DNA of 33,000 bases, from positions 393,556-426,555 of the forward strand of contig RDEW01000034.1 of assembly GCA_011109175.1 (NCBI GenBank). Direction: 5' to 3'. This document shows positions 1 through 10,010 of this stretch, in pieces. Made by a program: the position numbers and the translations under genes. The notes under the pieces are model-generated. The model made no database searches and was not told the origin of the DNA. It saw only the letters and a list, made by a program, of their open reading frames with translations. The DNA is from Dicyema japonicum (Eukaryota; Animalia; Dicyemida). Numbering within the stretch: the first letter of the stretch is position 1; each line of letters starts with the position of its first letter.

Positions 1-9
1 TGTTCGAAT

Positions 10-205
10 GAATTGTATATGATGGTTAGGGATTTTTTGCTTTGGCCAAAGGAATGGCCTGACACAGCTTTAAGTATGTTAATCTTTTGAGAGGCCTTTG
101 TACATTGTTCCTCCACATTTTTAGAGAAGGTAAGTAGTTGGTCATAAATAACTCCAAGTATTTTGTGATGTTTCGTAACGGTAAGTGGTTATCCATGAAT
201 AGAGA
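10..205 (-). mobile_element. LINE RT C-terminal fragment
   Basis: HHKILGVIYDQLLTFSKNVEEQCTKASQKINILK matches K.LGV.FD..LTF..H...A.K.LNILK. Confidence 0.6.
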
Positions 206-279
206 TGTGTCAACGAGTCACCCAACAAAAAGTATAGTTAAATTAATAAAGTTAAAATTTGACTTATTTTAATTAATTT

Positions 280-560
280 AATACTTATTTATTTATAAAA
301 ATATTTTACAATATGGAGAACCTATTAATACATTAATATATTATTTGGCGTGCTATTGCCACTTTCTTGTGGTGCTTGTGTTTTGTGCTTATTACATTTA
401 TTATATTGTATAGTATTTTTTTGTTGTATTCTCCTACATTATATTGTGATTTATCAAATAGTGTTGAAGGCTGTTATCAAAATGTCTAATATATATTTTA
501 TATTTTGTTAACCAATAAAAATGAATTATTTTTCACTATCTGATTTGTTCTTGTTTATAT
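280..560. repeat. Diverged partial third copy of the arm sequence (matches ~13365-13625)
   Basis: Shared strings such as ttacaatatgg-gaacctattaatacatta, agtgttgaagg and caaaatgtctaatatatatt. Confidence 0.8.
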
Positions 561-1009
561 ACTCTTGCTATATTTCTCCTTCAAATTGTTTGTGTCCCAA
601 ATTGTTATTTCGTTACATCGTGATTTTCAATTTTTTCAATGAATATGATTATTATCCCATTTGTAACTTATTTCACAAGCAGACTTTGTAGTTTCATTAT
701 TTGTTTCGTCTAGCGACTCATCATACAAAATGACTTCAGTGTTTATTGTCTCATCAGCAAATATAATTTTCAAAATATATTTCACATTATAAAAAAAACA
801 AAACTAACTTTATCCTCAGGTATTTCTTGTGGCTTATTCCAGCAGTCATCATAGTATTGTTTGTAGATGATAAACACAATTGCATAACGGCAACACGATC
901 ACTGACTGTCCATACTTTATGCAAGCAGTTCACTAGGTTCGAGTTAATTGCAAAACCAAGACCGTAGTGTCGATTTTCTGATGGGAGTAGAACGCGAAGA
1001 CCTCATAGA

Positions 1010-1110
1010 CATGCTTGATTTTGTAACGGGACAGATCTTCAGATAATAGTTCCCTCATGATCAGAGATGAGAGGCCACGAACGTTGTATGTGGCGATGGA
1101 AAACAAGGAT
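1010..1110 (-). mobile_element. APE endonuclease N-terminus of an RTE-like LINE
   Basis: SIATYNVRGL...LLSEDLSRYKI. Confidence 0.6.
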
Positions 1111-1432
1111 TTTGCATTTAGACATGATAAAGACATGAATTTTTCTAGAGAAGAAAAACAGAAGCACGTCACCACTGCAACCATATTTGTTTAATTCATA
1201 TTGATCTTTCTGTTTTAATTTGTGCTTAATAGGTCAGGACTTTTTGACGGGATTCCACATGCGTTGGGTGATATTTCTTTTACAAGCATTTTGATTTGTT
1301 ATTCCCATCTATTTCATTATTATGCTTTGAGTTTCTCATTAATTTTTTTCGTGAGGTTGTTGATTTGCTTTCTTCCTCCGGACATAGGAAAGAGATTCTT
1401 TTTAAAAAGGTTAATTGCTTTGATGATAATTT

Positions 1433-1762
1433 TTATTTACAGATCCAAAATTTCGGCACATTATTTGAAAGTGCAGTTTGGAATAAAGGTGACAACTCCA
1501 TTTTATTTATTCCAAGATGAGCCTGGTCATGGATTGCTGTCGTTAAAACTTCCATCTCATTGTCCATACAAATGACAAGCTTCTGATTTCCATTTGGATC
1601 TGTAAGATACATTTTGTCTTTGATCATCTTGAAGTTTCTTGATTTTTGTAAAAGAAGAAATTTATTATGCTTGTTGGTAATTGGAAATGCTTGGTCTTTA
1701 ATATTGTGCTGTATTATTTGATATTCCTCTGAACAATTTATTTTAACATCTCTAGCAGACAT
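1433..1762 (-). mobile_element. ORF with integrase zinc-binding (H2C2)-like domain, truncated (Ginger/Gypsy-integrase-like)
   Basis: ATG-initiated 109-aa ORF with IHDQAHLGINK...VPKFWICK; no DDE core follows. Confidence 0.55.
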
Positions 1763-2751
1763 CGTTAGATTTACGAATATTTTCGCGAAAATTCCATTAT
1801 ATTTTTGACCACGTCATACAACCCTATTTTGATGGAGCCGGCAATTAAATATTATGTCGCGTCCCACATGGGTTACCAACTTGTCATTCAAACTCTATTA
1901 ATTGGTTTCTAATCAAAGAATTTATTTTTTTTAAGATTATATTTTTTGACTCGACCTATTTTGATTATTTTCAATTCTCCTGAACGTGCCTTAATCTGTG
2001 ATAACAAAATTAAATAGACCTCTATTCGATTGTTTTTACAAAAATTGATTTTCGTATGTGATGAGGTTTAAGTAATCCATGGCGGCAGGGCTGTTATTAT
2101 TATTATTCATGCGGTTCATCTCCATGAAACTCACTGCAACAATTGGTGAAGGATACTATTTAACAGAAGATATGGAAATCTACAGGGTCGTGACGGTCAA
2201 TTCAAGAAGGAATAAAATGACATCAAGACCAATGACATCAACAGTCGTTTTCTAAGTAATTCTTGAATCAGGAATAGTCCCTAAGAGATATTAGTTGTTC
2301 AGAAAAAAACAGTATTCCATCCAATTAACACTCATTTTTTTGATTCCTTACTAATCTTTGTGAACATTTTATTCAAGTAGATTGTAAATCCTCCAATTTT
2401 TGTTTCGGCTTTATAAAATTTTCAGTTTTTATCTATTCCAATTGCTGCTATTCCGTGTTTATAGTAAATTCTCTTCATAAATGATCATTTTCGAATTAAA
2501 TTGTTTCACTTTAGTTACTTCATTAATCACAAAATTAAAATGAAATGGGTTATGGACGGATCCTGTAAGTTATCTATTCTCAATAACATGTGTTTGAATT
2601 TCGTTTTCTGTACGTATCAACGTCTCTGTCAGAAAAATTCTCTTAACCATAGAAGAGTCGAACTCCAATATAGTTTGTGCTGATTAAATAATAAGATCAT
2701 GTCTTAATAATGCCATGCGCCTTATTGGAAAATTTAAAAATCCAAAATGTA

Positions 2752-3504
2752 CCGTATTTGCAGGTGTATCAGTCGACCTTTTCGATCAAAAATCGACCTC
2801 GACTTATACACTGAGTCATGAAATTCAATTTCGTGTTCATCGCTTTAAATGTGATGGTAATTACTACACTTTTCACAAAAAATTTCTTGCAAAGATCAAT
2901 TAATTATAGAACGGGTGGATTAAACAGTCGTCTGATGATGTGTCGCTGTCTACTGTGGAACGCTTCTTTAAGGAATGCTGCATTTCCAACTATCTCGATG
3001 GACAGAAGACGATCTTATTTGGGAAGAGGAGGAAACTGAGGATAAAGAAGACTAAGAAGATGCCCTTCATGACGACAGACTAAACGAAAATGAATGGAAC
3101 AAGCTTTTTGGAAATATTGACGATGAAGACGGATTTTGAACTCTATGTATTATTATTATTATAAGTAACTACATAGAATCATATAAACTATAATTCTATT
3201 CGTGCCGCGTCTGAACAATCCTCTTAATTAGCCTTTCCCATCCCCTCCTGTCCGATGCCAAGTGCCGCAGACTACTAAGGTCTTCACCGTCCTTTAGTAG
3301 TCTGGTTACTGATCTCAGGTCACCATTAATGACAATGTATCACTTTATAATTCTAATTTATTGTTTCTTAACTAAAAAATAAATCACTTTCTAAGAGTGT
3401 TCATTGTTGTTTGTATCTCTCGGCGCGTAATATCAGAGGGTTACAAAGTAAATAGTATAGGGGCGACTTATACAACGAGTCGACTTATATACCGGCAAAT
3501 ACGG
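2752..3504 (+). mobile_element. Internally deleted pogo-family (Tc1/mariner) DNA transposon with TIRs and TA target site
   Basis: Left end TA|CCGTATTTGCAGGTGTATCAGTCGAC; right end reverse complement TA|CCGTATTTGCCGGTATATAAGTCGA. Subterminal CGACTTATA repeats. Internal remnant FFKECCISNYLDG/EDDLIWEEE matches the pogo transposase C-terminus. Confidence 0.85.
3146..3328 (-). mobile_element. RTE-like LINE 3' end nested in the pogo element
   Basis: GDLRSVTRLLKDGEDLSSLRHLASDRRGWERLI, followed downstream by a (TAA)n-type tail near 3149-3161. Confidence 0.65.
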
Positions 3505-3858
3505 TAATAAAGATTTCCCGACAATTATGTAATATACAAAAGTTCAAACAAATCATAAACGGACTCAACACTTTTCAACATTGGGAAATCACATTATCAA
3601 AAAAACAAACGAAAAAGTTTAGTGATTGATCTATTTCCAGCCACACAAAATCTGCGTGGAATTGAAGCAGATTGAATTCATTTTTGCCGATGAATAGCGG
3701 ATCATTTTTACAACTAATGGATCAAAGTTTTCAAGTCTGTGAAGTTTCGGAAAGAATCTTTATTTGCATAACAAATTATTATTAAAAGCACTTTTACAGT
3801 ACCAAAGAACGTTATATCAACTAAGGTCCCGTTTGTGCCACACGTTTCAAAATCTGCT

Positions 3859-4070
3859 TCAATAGGCGTCTCCATCGCCCTCTGCTTTGGAATCTGTCCT
3901 TAGATCTTCTAGGTCTTCTGCAGAATTAAGTTTTCTTCCAATTCTATTAAGATCCTTGTTCAGAGCCACGGGTAGAGTGACTCTGGGTCTTCCTCTGAAC
4001 GATGGATTGTTCTCATTGTTAAAGTAATTGTCTATTATTATATTTGCAGGTGCGTTTATGTCCATTCTAC
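3859..4070 (-). mobile_element. RTE-like LINE 3' fragment
   Basis: RMDINAPANIIIDNYF...FRGRPRVTLPVALNKDL...SAEDLEDLR. Confidence 0.7.
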
Positions 4071-4849
4071 AAAGAAATCAATTTAAAAGATGTACACTTA
4101 TCATTCATGGAAAAATCGAGGACTAGATAATTTTAAACTATGTCAAACATGCGAAGTTGAGTACTAAGCACCTAATCATCATTGTGGGGAATCTCAAAGT
4201 CTTTTTCTGTAATTAAAAAAATATTGAAGATCAAATTACAGAATATATATTTAGCGATCCGGGATAAAAGATGATGAATTACTTGAAAATTTTAAAATCA
4301 AGAAAAAAATCAATTCGAAAAATACTAGACTTGTCATGATTTTTATGTTACTTAATACATTAAAAAAACATTTTAGACAATTAAACTAAGTAGATATGGG
4401 TGCATTTAAAATAGTTGAATCAATAATCCGGTACTTTATGAAAGTCTCCAAAATGGCGAATTTGAAGAGTCTTTTTAGCACGACATGGTTGTTGAAGGGA
4501 TTTTCCTACCTTTCCCCATCCCAAATCCACTGGTGAAGAAAAACTGTTCAACTATAGACTGAAGTGATGTCCGAGACAGTAGGAAGAAAGTGAACCTACT
4601 TCTCCACCTCTCTTCTGAAGCGGAAGCCTGTAATGGACTATATATCAAGTATCTAATCATGAATGATATTTATGAAAATGTAAATTGATCAATTGTCAAT
4701 GGGTTAATTAGCAGTCTCAGATGAATCTGAACTGGTCTCTCAAATGTGTTATTTTTCCAAGACCATCTTATTAATGCTCATGCAAATATAAGACACTTCT
4801 CTAATATGAATGGGATCCGCTGTAAGAGACAATATGTTTGTAATTCTAC

Positions 4850-5625
4850 AGATAAAGCTTTCGACAGAACATAGGCACTTATTTACCAACAAGATCCTCG
4901 ACACGAAGATCCCTCATCGGATAAAGTCGTAGCTGTTCACGTTCCTGTCTGGCCGTCTTGGACGTTTCATCATCATGTCAACTAACTCACGTTACAGATA
5001 CCTACGTAATGGAGTTCCTCAAGGCTCAGTTCTCACCCCAACTGTCAAGCTTGCGGACTAACGAGAATACATTACTACTTTCGTATGCTGATGATGGTTG
5101 CATCACGTCACCATAATATCATCATTGCATCTAAATTCATTTAAGAACCCTTAATATGAGTTCCTTTTGGATGGAGCCTAATCTTTTGAATCCTATTTTG
5201 CCAACTCATTTATAACCGTAATACAAATGACCGCCGTCGGTTTAACCTTGAAGCTATGCACTTAATAAAACTACTTTTCTTATTACACGAATGAGTGTCA
5301 AAGAATGCATCCGAAGATTTGGATTTAATAAGTTTCTTGTTCGTCTTCCACCGAATGTCAATGTCAGCGAATCTTCTTTTTTTCACTAAGTAGGTTTCAA
5401 CGCCTACCCGTACAAAACCGGGCATTCAAAGTTGCTAATCTGTCCTTTCATGTACACTTGATGACCATGGGACATATCATTTTATCTCGTGTCTTGGTCC
5501 ACTTTCTCCTACAGGATCAATTTTTTGGATCTCAAGGAACGTCTGACATTGGTAGTCACACTCTTATCAGCCACCGGTTTTTTAGGACTTGGAGGCACCG
5601 GGGGTGAATAAATAAATAATAAATA
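4850..5625 (+). mobile_element. I/Jockey-group LINE remnant with internal deletions and an A-rich tail
   Basis: KAFDR, NGVPQGSVLTPT and YADD; a terminal Cys/His region (SCTLDDHGTYHFISC); C-terminal LLSATGFLG, then (TAAA)n. Confidence 0.65.
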
Positions 5626-5655
5626 TAAACTTGGAGGCACTGGGGGTGAATAATA
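5588..5655 (+). repeat. Tandemly duplicated LINE 3' terminus (41-bp spacing)
   Basis: acttggaggcac[c/t]gggggtgaataa occurs twice. Confidence 0.85.
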
Positions 5656-5699
5656 AAAGTTTCCTGTTGCGGTGTTTAAAAAACCGAAGGCTTGAATTC

Positions 5700-6660
5700 T
5701 GTTTAGAAGGTACTGCTGTCTGCATTGCTTGTTCCATTAACAACGCCCTCGTACCATCTGGAGATCGACAGTGGATGATACTTTTTTATTTGCCTTATAT
5801 GTTCTTGGGGGATGGAAAGAACCAGATCGGTCTTACAAATCATCTCGTCCATCATCAAAGCTCGAACTGCTGCTATCTATGACAGCGTTGTAATTTCGGA
5901 TTTACTTTGTTCTCAGTATAAAAAACATTGGTCCTCGCCCGGCACTGAACTCAGGTCTCAGGGAACGGATTGGCTTAAAACTCTTGGAGTGTGACACGAG
6001 GGCTGCCCTTCGACTTTATCCTGCTACTGTTGCCGCCCCCACCTTGGATATTCTCCATCGTTGAGAGTGATACGCCGGGTACACAGAAGATCTCTGGCTT
6101 ATTTTGCCACCACCAGAAACTAAATTTCGTCTAACGGAGGCTAAGTCATTTGTTCTATTTATATTTTCAGCTTTAGCATCGGTGGAATTTGTGGAATCCG
6201 TCCCTGTCACATCAAAGATCTTACTTCGAGTGCTACGTCCGAAGCCGCACAAAACTTGTTATACGCAATCCATCATCTTGTTTTGAGTTATGCCAGAAAT
6301 AGTTAGTTTGACGTGAACCTTCACGTGTTAAACAAGCCTGATGGAGGTATTCGTCTAATCGCTGTCGGAAATTGCCGCATGACCTATGTCCATCTGATTG
6401 GGTCACAGTTGTCACCCGTCCAGATCAGTGTGACGAATGTTCGTAAGACAGCTGTCCGTGAAGTCAGATGCTTTTTCAGTTTTAATGACACCACCTAGGG
6501 AACGGTTCCTGTCAAAATGGACATCTCAAACGAGTTAACAACATTAGATGAGACTATATTTTGAATGCATACGCACGCCCTGCTGGAATCTAGTACTTAT
6601 GGCATACGAACAGAAAGTCTCTTGTGTTCGGGGCCTCTTTTCTTCGCTTTGGAGATCGAA
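5700..6660 (+). mobile_element. CRE-clade non-LTR retrotransposon remnant (N-terminal RT region), degenerate
   Basis: Motifs KLLECDTRAALRL, SIGGICGIRPCHIKDL, LNKPDGGIRLIAVG, TAVREVR and VKMDISN correspond to CRE RT motifs (SAGGPDGLRP.HLKDL, KKDGGIRPIAVG, KLDF.NAF). Many indels. Confidence 0.75.
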
Positions 6661-7257
6661 AAAGTCGCACACAATATGACTTAAAGATGACCATGGATAT
6701 AGGATTTTGTTCATCTCCCGAAGACTGATCTTGGTTAATGCCCATGTTGAGTTTTTCTCCTAAGTAATTGTATCCACACCCCTTATGCTTATAGGAATTC
6801 AAAGATATTCTGAAGGAGCAAAATTTATTTTATTCTTTTAATTTCTGATTAGCTAGTACTTTCACCCCGCTTCTACAGATACCAACACCTGTAGCCGCAT
6901 GACATCAACGTTAGTGGTGGCTACTTGATTAAAGATTTTTGTTGTTTGTTTCTTCAGTTTCTTCTCTTCTTTTTTAATAGAATTGCTTCATGTGATCTAC
7001 CTGTCTCAGGTGGCACCCAGTGTCCGGGGGCAAGAAATAGAATTTCCTCCACTACACTGAAGAGTCTCTCACTACTGAAAGGAATCTCACGACTGAAGGG
7101 ACGTCTTCCACCTGTTATGGATCGAACTGTCTCATAATAAACCATGTGGATAAGTTTATAAATAGGGCGATTTTTTGTTATGAAATTAAAAATTCATATT
7201 ATTTAGGCAACTAGAAACATAATTGTTATATTTCCACTTAAAGCGATTTTTCGGATC

Positions 7258-7497
7258 AATCTTGTCCATCCTCCCCTGTTGCACGCCAAACTTCTCATAT
7301 CATCCAGATCCTCCCCACTTACGAGCCTCTGATTGATTGCCTTGAGATCCTCATCCAGCTTCCCCAGTAGCGTAGTACGCAGACACCCCCGATATTTTTT
7401 CCAGTTGCAGCGAAATATTCATCCATTGCCAAATTTGCAGGTGATGTGGGTCCATCCGTAAGACGTGTCCAAACAGTCTCCATCGGGCCACCACCAT
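7258..7497 (-). mobile_element. RTE-like LINE 3' fragment
   Basis: ARWRLFGHVLRMD..PANLAMDEYF...YRGCLRTTLLGKLDEDL...GEDLDDMRSLACNRGGW. Confidence 0.75.
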
Positions 7498-9249
7498 ATT
7501 CTAAGTCACATGTTCTTTAAAATTATTTAAAACTTCTAAAATTGTGGTTGTTAGATAAAAATACAATAAAAATTGAAAAATATAAAGTCAAATTTATTGA
7601 ACCAAAAACACCGTCATGTCCAGAATGAAAAAATTCAGGTGATCCCGTACTCTCTCAGCAGTCTTTGCGTTCTCGGACTTGAAGGAAGTGCCGTCCAGGA
7701 AGAACTCCTTTGAATGGTTGTTGACTGATGGTTCCTTATGGATATAATTTAGGATCATATCTGGCGCCACAATAAATGGTGGACCACATGACGCACGATA
7801 ACAATTGAAGCTCCCATGATCTTCCCAAAAGGGAAGAGAAGGAACAGAAGAATCAAACAAATAGTCTTCAATTCATGTAGCCACGTAGCACTACACTAAC
7901 TTTGGCGCCACGTGGCAAAAAATCAAAAAAAATTTTGTAATGTAAAGTTTTGTTAATATTTAATTTTAAGATCAATAAAGTCAAAATTTTTATTTTTAAT
8001 CCTTAGAATTTCTAAATAAATTATTTGTTTTTTGTTATGGCTCATGCAAGCAGACAGTTCATCCATCACCAGTCTCCTTTCTGAAGAGGAGACGCTGAGA
8101 AATAGCCAGGGACTCTTTTGCTTCTGTAAAATGTTACGAAACCCATCCAGAGAAAGGGTGGCTCACCAGAAGAATTCTGATATAACCAAATATATCCGAA
8201 TAGAATTCCTCTGCAGACAAAATAGAAGGCATTTCCTGACAGCAATTAGGTCGTCGGCGAAACATTAAGGTAATTTTGGAAGATATTGGAGACTGGGATT
8301 ACCCAATTAGTAGTTTTAACTTTTCTTTCTTGTTGGTCTTGAGGTTTAAATAAATAAAAAAATAAATGGTTACTTACTTTAATACCGTCTTCGAACAAGA
8401 AGGTCACTGAAAAGGTTAAGACTTATCAGAAAATATCCTGACAAATTAACTCACAAAGGGGATATGATGTGACCCTTATTTGGCACACTTGCAACTGCAA
8501 AAACAGTTATTGAATCATTCGTCTAAAAGAATCTCAAACTAGAAGGTTTATCATTAGTATTCCACGTGTGCCACTGTTAAAATATCTGAATTTCTCACCC
8601 CATCTACCGACAAGGCTTTGTCAAAACGGTCACTAAGGCTTTGTCTAATCTAATTTCCCTGCATAAGTTGAACAGCTTACAAGACTTGTTGAGGATATTC
8701 GACATCATCTTCCATTCCCATACTTTAAGAAGTAAGTCATGTTCACTGTTCCGAAATAATTATCCCAATCTTCTTGTTATTTTATATTTTTTGTGTCCCG
8801 GAAGACAATCCAGTGATGAAGAACTGATTACGACTTCACTGGTATACACAGAAGCATCGTAGATGCGTTGAACCTGCCACCGTATGGACAGCACGAGATT
8901 CGAACTGGGGACTTCCTTGTATTTGGTCCGGAACTTAATAGAAAACCGGATTTTTAAACTGAAAACACTGTGAACTACATTATTTTGTATTTTAGGATTT
9001 TGGTTAGTTTTTAATATTAAAAAAATTCTTCAAAGTTAAAGACTTAGAAATTGGACGCCTACAACAGATTCATGTACGGTTTATTAATACTAAGTTTGTT
9101 ATTTCAGTAACCTTGGCTTCATTAACTTGTAGGAGACCAGCGGCTATTAATCAGGACGCAGCAAATGCCGGTCTTCCATAGATTGGTCAACTAAAAAAGC
9201 TAAATGTCAAACTTTAAATAAATATTTATGATAGTTATATTTGATTTTT

Positions 9250-9385
9250 GGCCCACAAGCTGACGATCTAGTCCGTTGGGTCGGCTCAATGATCCAAAGG
9301 GTCACCAAGGATCTACGTGAGATTGGATGGCTTCGCGATAATATTGTCAGAGGAAACGCTATGGCCATTCAAACTCCCTAAATAA
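9250..9385 (+). mobile_element. CRE-like C-terminal fragment
   Basis: DLREIGWLR..IVRGNAMAI resembles the conserved D.RE..W.RQR.S.A..RGNA terminus. Confidence 0.5.
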
Positions 9386-9489
9386 AGTTCTCTTTTAACA
9401 TTCTTTAATTATTTATAATTAAATAAAATAAATAAATTATATTTTGCGACAATTTTTCAACATGAATAAAAAGGGACGACACCACCTCA

Positions 9490-10010
9490 ATCAACTTTGG
9501 TCCCTTTTTGGGGACTACGAAGACATTGCCAAAAGGAAATTGTCATTTTCTGTGACCATGAGAAAACTTTTGAAAGATTAGATCCAAAGGCGTCTTGCAT
9601 GCATATTACTTTGATTCAGAATGTATGAGGCTTTCATGAAACCGATCTTTGCGTACAACTCTGAAACATGAGGAATCTTGAAAATCGACGGACAAAGGCT
9701 CGACTATTTTAATAAAAAGCAACTTAGGTTTTTCTTATGACTAAAGTAAGGAGCAAAACGTTGTAAAAAGATGCTACCCTAGATTCCTGAGCACCATGAT
9801 CATGAAGACGCAATAGAAACTATTTGATCACCTCATAAGAATGGTTCGAGATACGCCAGCGAACATCATCATGGAAGAATTCTTTGAAACATCTCGGAAA
9901 AAGTTCAGAGGCTGTGCGCGAATAACGCTTCCGTAGACCTTAATGGAGGTTGAAGACCAGTAATGAAGCACGGTGAAGACCTAAGTAGTCTGAGGAGTCT
10001 GGCATCTATA
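9490..10010 (+). mobile_element. RTE-like LINE 3' portion, degenerate
   Basis: RMYEAFMKPIFAYNSET*GI, LFDHLIRMVRDTPANIIMEEFF, FRGCARITLP and GEDLSSLRSLA. Confidence 0.7.

Noticed and set aside
698-730. Hammerhead-like core on the minus strand (UUUGUA UGAUGA GUC GCUA GAC GAAACAAA)
   Set aside because: It lacks the conserved C3 and all of stem I. It is also readily explained by Asp-Glu codons (YDESLDETN) in decayed coding sequence.
8240-8265. FADD RT-like motif on the minus strand
   Set aside because: It is isolated, and the surrounding plus strand looks more like a LINE 3' end with an A-rich tail.
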